From: a virus
Direction: 5' to 3' (one strand)
DNA length: 64,000 nt
Virus record (IMG/VR): IMGVR_UViG_3300050821_024094
Coordinates: 1-64,000 of that record
A model generated the notes under the pieces. The model did no database searches. It had not been told where the DNA came from and saw only the letters and a program-made list of their open reading frames with translations. The position numbers and the translations under genes were made by a program. This document shows, piece by piece, positions 37,695 to 48,037 of the stretch. How positions within the stretch are numbered: position 1 is the first letter of the stretch; each line of letters starts with the position of its first letter.

Positions 37695-39257
37695 TCAATG
37701 TGAGAAGGCGTATCGGCCCTGGAGCGGGCCACTGGCTGTGACGGTGAGCGCACGGAAAGCGCCGGACGCTGCGTCTACCTGGTCATCGTGAGCACCGTTC
37801 GGGAACGACGCGAGCTCGTCGAGGAAAGCCTCATTCCAGGGACCGCGCAGGAGCTTGACGTTGCCGGCCTCGGCTTGGGCGGCGAATGGATCGGCGCGGG
37901 TTCCCTTGTCGCCCGTCTCTGCCTCCGAGGTGACGACGTATCCCGCGAGATTGGAGGCGAGCTGGCGCACCTGGAACTTGCCGGCCTGGCCGGGGTCTTG
38001 CGGGATGCGGATTTTGGTGCCGTAGCCGTCCGAGGTCGCGATGTTCTTCATCGTCGATTCGATAACGCCCGGCGACCAGCGATCGCGTGCGACGTCACAG
38101 ATGTAGAAGATGCCCGTCACGGGATCGCGCCCCATGAGCAGTCCGACGGTGTAGTCCGGGTCCGACTTCACGTCGGTCGAGGACGCCAAGTCCCACGAGC
38201 GCACGCGATGGAACGCGACGGAGGCGGGAGCTGCCCCGACGATCTCGAACCAGGTCCGCTTGAAGGTGCCGCCCTCGCGAGCGGTCGGGCGTTGCTGGAG
38301 CTGACCGGCCGCAGCGTGCGAGCCGAGGCGGGTTGACCACTCCGCCAGAATGTCAGCGGTGAAGCGCTCCTTCCACAGCGGTTCGCCTGGGATGGTGCGA
38401 AGGTCGCACCAAACCTCCTTGATCGGCGACTTCTTCCGCACGACCTTGGTCTGGAACCCGATGGGATGGTCCCGCTCATAGCTCGCCGGCAGGCAAACAA
38501 TGTCCCAGCCCATCTCCTTCGCGAGAATGTGGCCCGTGAGATCGCGCTCGTGCGAGCGCTGCATGATGACGATGAAGACGCCGGTCTTCGGATTGTTGAG
38601 GCGGGTCGGAAGGACCTCGTCCCACACCCGCAGCGTCTCTTCGCGGATGACCTCGCTCTCGATCTCTTTGATGTTGTGGGCGTCGTCGATGACGATGATG
38701 TCAGCGCCGAAGCCGGTGACGCCACCGGAGAACGACAGCGCCATGCGCGAGCCGCCCTGCACCGTGTCGAAGTCGGTGATGCGGTTCGAGTTGGGGTCAA
38801 GCTGGACGCGCTCGCCCCACAGCTTCGCGTACCACTGGCTCTCGATGAGCTGGCGGCACTTCTGCGAGTGCGCGTTCGACAAGCGGCCCGAATAGGAGAT
38901 GTAGGCGAACTTCACCCCGGCGCCGTAATGGCGGAACACCTGCTTGCGATACGAAGGATCGCCCGATCGCCGCTTGAGGTCTTGCAGCCACGTCCAGGCC
39001 GGATAGAACACGTTGGCGCCGATCGACTTCATGTGCCGAGGCGGCAGATTGAGGATCAGTCGTTTGATCTGACCGTCCGCAACCGCTTCGAGGTGATCGC
39101 AGACGGCATCGATGTGCCAGTTGGATTGGAAGTCCGCAGGTTCGACGAACGGCCAGCCGAACTTGACGAAGGTGCCCAAGTCTTGTTCGCAAACCTCCCG
39201 CAGTGATGCCGCGATGTTATCGGGCAGGTTCGCGATGTCTTCGGGACGCATAGGCAT
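37695..39257 (-). CDS. terL: Terminase large subunit
   Basis: NLPPRHMKS (Walker A variant), IVIDDAH, MQR.HE.DL.G, QQRP, WDLA, HDDQVDA. Confidence 0.95.
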   Translation of the reverse strand: MPMRPEDIANLPDNIAASLREVCEQDLGTFVKFGWPFVEPADFQSNWHIDAVCDHLEAVADGQIKRLILNLPPRHMKSIGANVFYPAWTWLQDLKRRSGDPSYRKQVFRHYGAGVKFAYISYSGRLSNAHSQKCRQLIESQWYAKLWGERVQLDPNSNRITDFDTVQGGSRMALSFSGGVTGFGADIIVIDDAHNIKEIESEVIREETLRVWDEVLPTRLNNPKTGVFIVIMQRSHERDLTGHILAKEMGWDIVCLPASYERDHPIGFQTKVVRKKSPIKEVWCDLRTIPGEPLWKERFTADILAEWSTRLGSHAAAGQLQQRPTAREGGTFKRTWFEIVGAAPASVAFHRVRSWDLASSTDVKSDPDYTVGLLMGRDPVTGIFYICDVARDRWSPGVIESTMKNIATSDGYGTKIRIPQDPGQAGKFQVRQLASNLAGYVVTSEAETGDKGTRADPFAAQAEAGNVKLLRGPWNEAFLDELASFPNGAHDDQVDAASGAFRALTVTASGPLQGRYAFSH

Positions 39258-39316
39258 GTACGCGCGCCGTCGCCGGCACGCGCCCTTTTGTTCTTGTTCT
39301 TGGGAGTAGCGGTCGC

Positions 39317-39862
39317 TTACTCGGTCTTCGCGTCGATCACCGGACCGAGCGAGCCGAGCAGTTCCGTCGTCTTCTCCATGCCGAGCCTCACCACGGTGTC
39401 GAGAAACTCGACCTGCTTGTCCAAAGGCATGGCGGCGAGGTTCAAGGTCGCGAGCGGATGCGGCACCGCCTGCACCTTGACCGGACCGTCATTGGGCCCG
39501 GTGATCTGGTGCGACTCGATGTAGCCGCGATCGCGCGCCTGGCAGCGCAGGAAGAAGCGGATGGACTCCCGATCCCCCTTCTTGACCGCCTCGAGCAGCT
39601 TGCCCTCGCCGAGGTCGATCAGCTCCTCCTTGATGTCGAGCATCGCCTCCTTCAGCTTTGGGGATTCCTCGATCCATCGATACAGACTCGAGCGCGCGCA
39701 ACGCAGGCGTTTGGCGGCGACGGTCTTAAGACCTGCCGACGCGCGCAGCGCTTCGAGGATCAGTTGGTCGGAGGGACGGTCATACAGGGACGGACCTGGC
39801 GCGATCACGTCATAGGCAGGTTGAGCCTTCTTGGTGCGAGGCTTCTTGGTCTTACTGGTCAT
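39317..39862 (-). CDS. terS: Terminase small subunit
   Basis: HTH, AR.RGY, ITGP.DGP motif; immediately upstream of terL. Confidence 0.75.
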   Translation of the reverse strand: MTSKTKKPRTKKAQPAYDVIAPGPSLYDRPSDQLILEALRASAGLKTVAAKRLRCARSSLYRWIEESPKLKEAMLDIKEELIDLGEGKLLEAVKKGDRESIRFFLRCQARDRGYIESHQITGPNDGPVKVQAVPHPLATLNLAAMPLDKQVEFLDTVVRLGMEKTTELLGSLGPVIDAKTE

Positions 39863-39871
39863 TGCGTATCT

Positions 39872-39912
39872 CAAACGAAAAAGGCGCGGCCCGCGAGGAC
39901 CACGCCCTTTCG
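39872..39912 (-). terminator. Terminator-like hairpin before terS
   Basis: GC stem followed by TTTTTCGTTT on the minus strand. Confidence 0.5.
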
Positions 39913-39933
39913 TGCTTTCGATCGTTGGTTGGA

Positions 39934-40380
39934 TTAGGCGGCTTCGCAGAACATCTGCGCGCCGAACTGGAAGTTCCGGCAGGTGAGGTAGTTGCGCGAT
40001 CGGTCGCCGAACTTGGCATCCGACACGCTCTTGTCGATCGGGATCGCTTCGAGCCCTCGGATCACGAGCATGTCCTTCGTCCACAGATCGAGCGACGCCA
40101 TCGCTCCGCGCTTCACCCGCCCCGCCAGATGGGCATTGTTCGCCCAGTTATAGGGTTGGGCGACGCCACAGAAGTAGAGGATGTTCCCCTCGGGATAGGC
40201 GAGTTCGACATCGCGATTGATCGGTGACTTGAGGCCGAAGTTCTTGTCGAACTTTCCGACCAGGCAGCGAGCGCAGTGTACGTTTTCGTTGAACCCCTCG
40301 ACCGTCTTGAGCCAGAGATAGCGCCAGCCCCGCAAATGAAGGGCGTGCGAGCGAATGTGGTAGGAAACCCCGTCAGCCAT
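39934..40380 (-). CDS. Hypothetical Cys/His protein coupled to ParB-MTase
   Basis: HCARC, YFCG, NAHLA, CRNFQF. Confidence 0.65.
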   Translation of the reverse strand: MADGVSYHIRSHALHLRGWRYLWLKTVEGFNENVHCARCLVGKFDKNFGLKSPINRDVELAYPEGNILYFCGVAQPYNWANNAHLAGRVKRGAMASLDLWTKDMLVIRGLEAIPIDKSVSDAKFGDRSRNYLTCRNFQFGAQMFCEAA

Positions 40381-41755
40381 AGATTGCCCTTACTGCCGCC
40401 TTGACGTCTTCCCCCCGGCCTAGTCGGCGGTCGTCACTGACCGGAAGATCGAACTCGTAGTCGCAGGCGGCGAGCATGTCATCGAGCGGAAGGTCTCGCT
40501 CCTTGACCGCTTCAATCTGCCATGACGTGCCCGTGTGCGAATGCACCAGCGCGCGAAACCCGAAGCGCGGAGCAATCGCCGCCGCCTCGGGCTTGGTGTG
40601 GAACTTCTGATAGAACCAGCGCCCGTCACGGTAGAGCGCGGTGAAGCCGTCCTTGTCCGGGAACTCGACGTAGCGCCGGCTGTTCTGAATTTTCGTGGTG
40701 TTGTTCATGTGCTCGATCGCTTCGACCGGGCGACCTGAAAAGAACACGCGACCACCCTTGGCAGCGAGCATGTTCAACACAGTCATCACGGCGGTTTCAG
40801 CTTGTCGGCAATCGACCGAGTTCAGGACGCTGTCGCAGACAACATGATCGTATGGACCGTTATCGTATAGCGAGCGCGTCATCGCAGTGACCATAGTATT
40901 GACTTCCCGCATGTCAATACTTTGAGACGCGCCGACCCTACGAAAAAGCTCGATGTCGAAAAAATCAAGTCCTCGTTTGCGCATCGCATTCGCGTAGTCT
41001 CCCTGGCCGGAGCCGAAGTCGATAAAGCGAGCGGTCTTATTCTTCATCGCGAACGGGATGACATGCTGCTCGTAGAGGGTCGACTTGCCGCCTCGCGTTT
41101 GCCCGCGCAGCCGCTTCATCTGCGCGAGCGTCTGAATGAAGGTGTCCTTCTTCAAGTGCGTGTAGGAGAAGACGCCATACTGGCGATCGAGGAAGGCGCG
41201 GTACTTGCCCTCGTCCGCGTCCGCGATGACGAAGGTCGTGAGCTTCGTGCGCGTGAGACCGGCCGCGAGCGCGTACTGAGCGGCGTGAATGACCCGACCT
41301 GACTTCGTCGCAACGACACCGCCCCAAGGTCCATACTTCACGATCAGATCGGCGATCGCGGTGCGCACGTTCGCGAGTTTGGAGCGGTAGTTCCCCGTGA
41401 TCCGCGAAGGCTCGACGATTGTGAAGCCGAGTGCGTCGAATCCGCCTGTGATCCTCACCATCTCATCGCCACCGTCCATGTCGGTGCCGTTGTGGAGTTG
41501 GTTGAAGCGGACCTCGTCGTAGGTGGTGGTGTCGCGCGGGAGCACGTAGACCGGTGCGGTCGTGTAGCCGAGGCTGCGCAGCGCCTTCGTGCGTTGATGG
41601 CCCGCGACCAGGAGTGTGCCGCGCACGATCAGCGGTTTGACAAGGCCGAGGTCGCGGATGCTCTCCGCGAGCTTGGTCAGATCATCCTCGTTGATGTGGC
41701 GCGGATTGTACTCGGCACCCCGGAGGCGGGTGATGTCGTAATTCAGGTCAAGCAT
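40373..41755 (-). CDS. ParB/Srx N-terminal domain fused to a SAM-dependent methyltransferase
   Basis: YNPR, AGHQR; FIDFGSGQGDY; CDSVLNSV. Confidence 0.8.
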   Translation of the reverse strand: MLDLNYDITRLRGAEYNPRHINEDDLTKLAESIRDLGLVKPLIVRGTLLVAGHQRTKALRSLGYTTAPVYVLPRDTTTYDEVRFNQLHNGTDMDGGDEMVRITGGFDALGFTIVEPSRITGNYRSKLANVRTAIADLIVKYGPWGGVVATKSGRVIHAAQYALAAGLTRTKLTTFVIADADEGKYRAFLDRQYGVFSYTHLKKDTFIQTLAQMKRLRGQTRGGKSTLYEQHVIPFAMKNKTARFIDFGSGQGDYANAMRKRGLDFFDIELFRRVGASQSIDMREVNTMVTAMTRSLYDNGPYDHVVCDSVLNSVDCRQAETAVMTVLNMLAAKGGRVFFSGRPVEAIEHMNNTTKIQNSRRYVEFPDKDGFTALYRDGRWFYQKFHTKPEAAAIAPRFGFRALVHSHTGTSWQIEAVKERDLPLDDMLAACDYEFDLPVSDDRRLGRGEDVKAAVRAIYG

Positions 41756-42392
41756 TCTTGCGCCCTTCGATCAGATACGAAGCAAAGCCGTAGTCCGCGC
41801 CCATCTCCTCGACGTACTTGTCTTTGAGCGCGGTCAGCGCCACGACCTCCTCGTCCGTCATCGAGACCTTGACGTCGCCGAAGCGAAGGAAGTTGCGCGA
41901 GGAACCGCGGGACTCATCGCCATCGACGCCGAAGTTCACGAGGTCGTCGGGGTCCAGAAGCTTCGAGAGCTCGGAGCTTGAGAAGCCGAGAAGGCTGGTG
42001 TCGAAGTTGAGCTCGGCGAGGCCAGCGACCTCGACCTTGAGCATGTCCATGTCCCAGCCCGCGTTCTCCGGGAGCTTGTTGTCCGCGATGACGTAGGCGC
42101 GGCGCTGCGCCTCGCTCCAGCCATGCGCGACGATGCACGGGACCTTGTCGATGCCGAGCTGTTGGGCCGCCATGATCCGACCGTGACCGGCGATGATGCC
42201 GTTGTCGGGATCAATGAGCACCGGAATGGTCCAGCCGAACTCCCGGATCGAAGCCGCGATCTGCCCGACCTGCGCCGGCGAATGCGTGCGCGAGTTGCGC
42301 GCATAGGGGATCAAATCCGCCGTCGCGCGGGTGACGATCTCGGATGCCGGCCACCTCTTGGTGTCATCCGCCTTGCGTGCCTGTTTGGTCAT
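41748..42392 (-). CDS. ParB/Srx N-terminal domain protein
   Basis: LIPYARNSRTH, SIREFGW, IIAGHGR, IADNK, WD. Confidence 0.85.
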   Translation of the reverse strand: MTKQARKADDTKRWPASEIVTRATADLIPYARNSRTHSPAQVGQIAASIREFGWTIPVLIDPDNGIIAGHGRIMAAQQLGIDKVPCIVAHGWSEAQRRAYVIADNKLPENAGWDMDMLKVEVAGLAELNFDTSLLGFSSSELSKLLDPDDLVNFGVDGDESRGSSRNFLRFGDVKVSMTDEEVVALTALKDKYVEEMGADYGFASYLIEGRKNA

Positions 42393-42458
42393 CTGCCAAA
42401 GTTATCCTCGGTTGTCGCTTAAAAAATCTCACTCGATTGTTGCATCCGGTCGGGACCG

Positions 42459-42476
42459 TGGTACTTATATGGACCA
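42459..42476. promoter_or_regulatory. 18-bp palindromic operator in promoter, copy 1
   Basis: TGGTACTTATATGGACCA; TTGCAT at 42440. Confidence 0.65.
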
Positions 42477-42508
42477 ACGAAAACACCTACCACACGGAGA
42501 CGACGACG

Positions 42509-43450
42509 ATGACCACGGCCACCGAAACCAAGACGACTGTTGCCCGCAAGACGAAGTTCATTGCCCTCGCGAACGTCATCGCGAACCCGAACCAGCCGCG
42601 CAAAGATTTCGACGACGCGCATATCCGGGAGCTGGCGAGCTCCATCGCCAAGCACGGACTGATCCAGCCAATATCGGTGCGCCCGATCGAGAAGGCCGTC
42701 GGCAAGACGACGACCTACATGATCATCGCCGGCGAATGCCGCTACCGCGCCCACAAGCTGCTGGCCGAGGAAGGCAAGCTCGATGCTCCGGTCGTCGAGG
42801 CCATCGTTTCAACCGACGTTGACGACACTCAGATGCAGGTGCTCGCCATCATCGAGAACGCCAAGCGCAAGGACGTCAATCCGATGGAGGAGGCCGACGC
42901 CTTCCAATTCCTCCTCGACACCGGCATGACGATCGCCCAGGTCCAGCGCGAGCTGGGCTTCGGCTCCCGAGGCCGGGTGACCGATCGCCTCAACCTGCTC
43001 AAGCTGGAGGACAACGCCAAGACACTGGTGCGCTCCGGTCAGCTCTCCGCCTGCTTCGCCGCAGAGATCGCCACCCTCCCCGCTCACATGCACACGCGGA
43101 TGATCCGCAAGGTGTCGACGGGCGAGTTCAAGAGCATCGATCAGATACGCGCCGCCTGCTCGGCCATCCGCGAGGCGAACGAGCAAGGCAGCATGCTCGG
43201 TGGAGCGCCGGCAGCGACCGACGGCGAGATGCGCACGCTCCGCAGCATGGAAGCGCGGATCGACGATGTGCTCAAAATGGTCAACGCAGGTTTCAAGGAC
43301 GGCGAATGCCAGATCGCCAAGAAGGCTGATCCAAACCGCACGACTGCAATGGCCGACAAGCTGGCTGCCGTGCGATCCGCCATCACGGTGATGGAGTTCC
43401 AGCTCCGCAAGGCATCGGCAGTCGCCGACCTGCTCGAAACCGCCGCCTGA
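42509..43450 (+). CDS. ParB/RepB/Spo0J-family protein
   Basis: NPNQPRK.F, LIQPI.VR, IIAGECRYRA, EN..R.D.NP.EEA, HTH. Confidence 0.9.
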   Translation: MTTATETKTTVARKTKFIALANVIANPNQPRKDFDDAHIRELASSIAKHGLIQPISVRPIEKAVGKTTTYMIIAGECRYRAHKLLAEEGKLDAPVVEAIVSTDVDDTQMQVLAIIENAKRKDVNPMEEADAFQFLLDTGMTIAQVQRELGFGSRGRVTDRLNLLKLEDNAKTLVRSGQLSACFAAEIATLPAHMHTRMIRKVSTGEFKSIDQIRAACSAIREANEQGSMLGGAPAATDGEMRTLRSMEARIDDVLKMVNAGFKDGECQIAKKADPNRTTAMADKLAAVRSAITVMEFQLRKASAVADLLETAA

Positions 43451-43477
43451 GCGACGGCGAACATATCCTGCAAGTTG

Positions 43478-43504
43478 AGGGCACCTTCCGCGGTGCCCTT
43501 TTTG
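43478..43504 (+). terminator. Intrinsic terminator after parB-like gene
   Basis: AGGGCACC-ttccgc-GGTGCCCT followed by TTTT. Confidence 0.7.
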
Positions 43505-43746
43505 CCGGGGTTTTCACCCACTCCGGGTTGAAACCGGCCACTTCGGACCCGACGATCCGACCGAAGCCTCGCGTGCGCGTGCGCGTGAGTGTCCGAAATG
43601 CACGACGCCAAACCGCTTCATGCCAATCCCTCCCGATCCCTCAGTGCATGATCGATCGAACGTTTCCGTTCTGTCGCACGGATGACCGCGCGATGCTACC
43701 ACCGCTCACCACCGCGCTCGCGATAGCGTGCTCGGTGGAGGATATA

Positions 43747-43953
43747 ATGACGAATCACGATCTCTTCCTGATCTGCGATTGTGTTGCCGAAGCGCAGGCT
43801 ATCCTGCACGATCATTTGGAATGCGGAAACCATTCGGCCGCTGAAGTGTTGGCAAGATTGCAGCGCGTGTTGTCCGAGGAAGCGCTACTCCGATCACTGT
43901 ACGACGTTGGATATTTTCCGGCGACTACGCCGCCTGTGTCGCGATCACATTGA
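43747..43953 (+). CDS. Hypothetical protein
   Basis: Strong RBS GGAGG. Confidence 0.5.
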   Translation: MTNHDLFLICDCVAEAQAILHDHLECGNHSAAEVLARLQRVLSEEALLRSLYDVGYFPATTPPVSRSH

Positions 43954-44148
43954 TCTGGACTCGTGTGGTGAACCCGTATCGTCGTCGCGTTCGCTGGTCG
44001 GTGCATCAGCGCCAGCCGCCCGTTGTGCGAGATGTTCGTAGCATACTGAGATTTCCAGCAATTGTCGGCGGCACCAGTCGTCGCGCGTCTCAGCGGCCTG
44101 CCTTAGCGCCTCGATGGCACGGTCTCGCCAGTATTGCGCATTCCGCAT
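43945..44148 (-). CDS. Hypothetical protein
   Basis: A.YWR.RA.EA...A...LL.I...YE.LA.RA, typical small rhizobial ORF. Confidence 0.5.
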   Translation of the reverse strand: MRNAQYWRDRAIEALRQAAETRDDWCRRQLLEISVCYEHLAQRAAGADAPTSERDDDTGSPHESRSM

Positions 44149-44271
44149 CGGGTGCCCCCAAATCAGCGCAACGCCGTCAGCCCCGCCCGGTTCCTTACTC
44201 GTTAAAATTAACAATAAAGTGTGTTGCTGACATGCCACGCCACGTTTCCAATTTCCGATATCGTCATTTCG

Positions 44272-44886
44272 ATGATCAAGTCGCGCCTCGTACGCCCTGC
44301 GGGCTTCATCGAACCTTGCATTCCGGTCCTTGCTGACAAGCCGCCGACCGGTGAGCAATGGGTGCATGAAATCAAATACGACGGCTACCGCCTACAGGTG
44401 CATCGCAACGGCGAGCGCGTGCGCATCTTCACACGGCGCGGATTTGACTGGACGGATCGTTTTCCCGTCATCGCGTCGACGGCGCTGACGCTCAAGGCGA
44501 AAGCCTTCATCCTGGACGGTGAGGGTGTGGTCACAGACGCTGCAGGTGTGACGCAATTCGATCAGCTTCACGGCCATCGGCGCTACACGAGCGCGTTTTT
44601 GCAGGCGTTCGATCTTCTGTCGATCGAGGGCGATGATTTGCGCCGTCTTCCGCTGTTCGATCGCAAGGTGCTGCTGGACGGGCTGCTTATGGGTTCATAT
44701 TCGGGCATCGTCAACGATGGGCACGTGAAGGCACTCGGCGCGGTCGTGCTGGCCAAAGCGTGCCAACTCGGTCTGGAAGGCATCGTGTCGAAAAAGATCG
44801 ACGCGCCGTATCGCAGCGGCAAAAGCGGCGATTGGATCAAGGTTCGCAATCCCGAGGGACATGCAGCGAAACGGTTTGAGCGGTGA
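44272..44886 (+). CDS. ATP-dependent DNA ligase adenylation domain (LigD/LigC-like, no OB fold)
   Basis: EIKYDGYR, LDGE, FDLL, EGIVSKK, WIKV. Confidence 0.88.
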   Translation: MIKSRLVRPAGFIEPCIPVLADKPPTGEQWVHEIKYDGYRLQVHRNGERVRIFTRRGFDWTDRFPVIASTALTLKAKAFILDGEGVVTDAAGVTQFDQLHGHRRYTSAFLQAFDLLSIEGDDLRRLPLFDRKVLLDGLLMGSYSGIVNDGHVKALGAVVLAKACQLGLEGIVSKKIDAPYRSGKSGDWIKVRNPEGHAAKRFER

Positions 44887-45147
44887 AATAACAGGCCGCG
44901 CGTGTCCGGCTGTCCAGGCGGTCACGCACGGCCTGCTTATTTCTGCGATCAAAACGCGGTACATAGCCCCGATCGCAAAGCTGTAACCGCGCCGATACAA
45001 TCCGGTTCCGGTGATATCAGATATTGTCCACAAGCTTGTGTCGGCCATCGGAGACGGTGCGGGACGCGCTCGGGCGATTGGATCAAGGTTCGAACTCCGG
45101 ACAGCCCAGCGGCCAAACGCTTCCAGCGCGGCAATGAGGGCATCCAC

Positions 45148-45513
45148 CTAGACGTTGATGGAAATCTGGCCACCGGGCGGACTATTCGCCGGTTCGACGA
45201 CGCGATCAGCGCGGGCAAGTCGGCGTAGCATGATGCGCTCGCCTCCGAACCCGGCCGCGAACGTGTTCGCATGCGCCGGCTCCGCGAAACAGAACAGTGT
45301 AAAGTCACCGATGTCACGATGGTCGCTTTTGGTGTGATAGGGCATCGCCTGCTTCCCGCAGAAAGCGTGCATGCTCATCAGGCGCTGGCCGAGGCCGCCG
45401 AGCGGAATCGCTATGGCGACTTGGAAAGGATAGTCGCGGTCGATCCGATGTTTTGTGGTCCTGCGTCGGGACGTGCCGTGAAGGCTCTCTAATCTCGGTC
45501 GCAATCCGGGCAT
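45148..45513 (-). CDS. Hypothetical protein
   Basis: IDRDYPFQVA, FCFAEP.HA..F...FGGE. Confidence 0.5.
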   Translation of the reverse strand: MPGLRPRLESLHGTSRRRTTKHRIDRDYPFQVAIAIPLGGLGQRLMSMHAFCGKQAMPYHTKSDHRDIGDFTLFCFAEPAHANTFAAGFGGERIMLRRLARADRVVEPANSPPGGQISINV

Positions 45514-45707
45514 TGAAATGTCCTCATCTTCGGCCCTTGGAAGCAACGGTACGCGCCTCCGGCAATAAAAACTGGTCACAATCGCTCACTCTGGCCGCCA
45601 ACGCCGCCGCCTGCAGACACGGATTGAAGCCATCATCAGAAAGTTCTTGGAGGGACCGCGATAGCAATGCGCTTGACCGCTCGATGGTCGCGCGCTGACA
45701 TCTATCG

Positions 45708-45917
45708 ATGAGCCAAACCCTGACGCTGCGCGATTGGCCGGACGAATGGGTCACGCTCGCCTGCCACGATTGCGACCGCAAAGGCCGGTACCGCAAGGAG
45801 ACGTTGATCGAACAATTCGGCGCGGATGCCGAGTTGCCGGAATTGCGGCACCAAATCGCGCAGTGCCCGCTCGGCATGCGCAGCCAAGCCCGTGTGGTGT
45901 CTATTACCCGGATTTGA
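45708..45917 (+). CDS. Small putative Zn-binding protein
   Basis: C..C.R.GRY, FGAD..LP.L, CP. Confidence 0.55.
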   Translation: MSQTLTLRDWPDEWVTLACHDCDRKGRYRKETLIEQFGADAELPELRHQIAQCPLGMRSQARVVSITRI

Positions 45918-46370
45918 TGGGTCGTGGCGGATAACAATCATCAGCGAGGTGCGCCAAGCTTCTCGCTAGACGCAGCCACGCGACGGCGTCAACCAGATAC
46001 TCAGATTTGTGCTCCGGCTCGGCTTCAGCGAGCGCGGTGAGTTCGCGTGCCCGAATTTGGCAATGCGCTATCGTCGGCATATGCGCCTCCTGTGGAGGCA
46101 AAATCGTGCCAGACTACGAGTGCCGGTGTCTGTTCAAACTTGATCACCGTGGCAGGTAGCCGCGCTAGGCGGTGGCGGAACGAGCGCGTATCTTACGCCC
46201 ATGAGCGAGAACGCTGGCAAGTCTTCGTTCTGGGCCACGAGGCAGAGCGTCTTGGCGTGGTGATAACTCCGGATCGCGAATCTGCAATCAAGGCCGCGAT
46301 GAAGGAGTTTGAGATCACTGACAGGCACGGGCAGAGACTCTTTGTTCGACAAATGGATGACTAGCCGCCC

Positions 46371-46631
46371 TTACCGCTTGGCCTTCGCCGCTGGCCTGCC
46401 GGCAAGCCAGTCTTCGTTGTCAGCCATGTCATTCAGAGCCTTGCCGCGCTTGCGATGTCGGCGGCTTTCCTTGAGGGATTTGGACTCGCCGGCTGCTTGT
46501 TTTGCGGCGTTGGCTTGCGCGCGGAAATCATCCGCGCTGGTTGGTAATTTGTTTTCCGGGGATTGCCTCGTTAACGAGCCGCGATCAGGCACTCGGCCGC
46601 GCAACGGCGATAGCGTTTCTGACTCCGACAT
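46371..46631 (-). CDS. Hypothetical protein
   Basis: ORF; MADNEDWL. Confidence 0.45.
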   Translation of the reverse strand: MSESETLSPLRGRVPDRGSLTRQSPENKLPTSADDFRAQANAAKQAAGESKSLKESRRHRKRGKALNDMADNEDWLAGRPAAKAKR

Positions 46632-46809
46632 GACACTAGACGCCTTCCCAAGCCCGACTTGTTTCGGGCACTAGCCAGTTTTGTATGGAATGATTGGGCG
46701 GAGGCTGCGCTCGTTATCCATTCGAGTCTGGTCGAAAGAGCACACTTCCGCTGAAGCGACCGCACGTCGCTAATACGTCGGCATGGCCGCAAGACGTGGA
46801 TCGTGATCG

Positions 46810-47028
46810 CTAGCGTGTGGGCGCCGCGACACATTTCGCGAGTTCCATCAAGTCTTCCGGTTCGGCTTGCGCCTCGGTCAGCAGATCGAGGCTGATGCCT
46901 TCGCCGATCATGACGGCCTCGACCAATTCCGGTTGACGGTGCCATCGGTGGAACGCAGCGAGCGCTGCCGCGTAGCCATTGAGGTATTCAGCAGTTTCAA
47001 TGTGACGCATGAAGCCGATCCGCGCCAT
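46810..47028 (-). CDS. Hypothetical protein
   Basis: RBS GGGGA; downstream of SRAP. Confidence 0.45.
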   Translation of the reverse strand: MARIGFMRHIETAEYLNGYAAALAAFHRWHRQPELVEAVMIGEGISLDLLTEAQAEPEDLMELAKCVAAPTR

Positions 47029-47064
47029 GCGATTTTCCCCCGTTCCAATCCCTAAATACCGGGA

Positions 47065-47775
47065 TCAATCCGCCTCTAAAATATCCCCCAGGGCAATCTT
47101 ATCGATCAAAGTCGCGTCGTCATCGCTCGTGCGTGAACTATTCACACGTTTTGACACCGGCCACTTCTGCAACACGTCTTCGCCGGCCGGCTTCATCAGC
47201 GCGACGGCGTCGTTCGCGTCACCGTGTTCCCATTGCTCAAAGTCTTTGGCTTCGAGGATCACGGGCATGCGATCGTGGACTTCCGCAACGAACTTGTTCG
47301 GCACGGTGATGACCATCGTCGTCGACAACAGGTCGCTGCCGGCGTCCTTGTCTTTCCACTTCGACCACAAACCCGCGAACGTGATCGGATGCCCATCGCG
47401 CCGGGTGAAGTACCAAGGCTGCGGCTGCTTTACTCCGGTGGTGTGTTGCCATTCGTAATAGCCACTTGCCAGCATCAGGCAGCGACGATGCTTGAAGGAG
47501 TCTTTGAACATCGGCTTCGTCGCAACCGTTTCTGCGCGCGCGTTGAACGTCGCCATCTTCATTTCTTTGAGCGTCTTGTCCCACCAATACGGGATCAGCC
47601 CCCAGCGCATTGGGACAAGAGAGCGCTTGCCGTCAGTTGAGATCACGACGTCAACGGGCGTCGTCGGACAAATGTTGTAACGGGGCTGCGTATTGCGCGC
47701 CGGTGCGTCGAGGGTCAGCCGATACAGCCGGACAATCTCTTCCCAGGTCAGCTTGTAGGTGTACCGCCCACACAT
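47065..47775 (-). CDS. SOS response-associated peptidase (SRAP/YedK/HMCES family)
   Basis: MCGRY, YNI.PT, WGL.P.W, NARAET, YYEW, HDRMP, VNS. Confidence 0.95.
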   Translation of the reverse strand: MCGRYTYKLTWEEIVRLYRLTLDAPARNTQPRYNICPTTPVDVVISTDGKRSLVPMRWGLIPYWWDKTLKEMKMATFNARAETVATKPMFKDSFKHRRCLMLASGYYEWQHTTGVKQPQPWYFTRRDGHPITFAGLWSKWKDKDAGSDLLSTTMVITVPNKFVAEVHDRMPVILEAKDFEQWEHGDANDAVALMKPAGEDVLQKWPVSKRVNSSRTSDDDATLIDKIALGDILEAD

Positions 47776-47951
47776 GGCCCCTCCGCAACTCGGGTCAGTT
47801 GAAGCGGAAGGCTAGACGAGAAGAGACCGCGCAACAACGCGCGCAACAACGATTGTGAAGCCCCTTTTTGCTCTCGGGACCGAGCGAAGCAGTCGAACCA
47901 TCTGAAATATCGAGACTATTTCGCACGGACCTGTTGACGCCAACACCGGCA

Positions 47952-47969
47952 TGGTACATATACGTACCA
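47952..47969. promoter_or_regulatory. 18-bp palindromic operator in promoter, copy 2
   Basis: TGGTACATATACGTACCA; TTGACG at 47934. Confidence 0.7.
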
Positions 47970-48037
47970 CGCAGCGACAATGACTCTGACGACCAAAAAA
48001 AACGACTTCCCTACCACCCACCGCAACGGAGACGACA

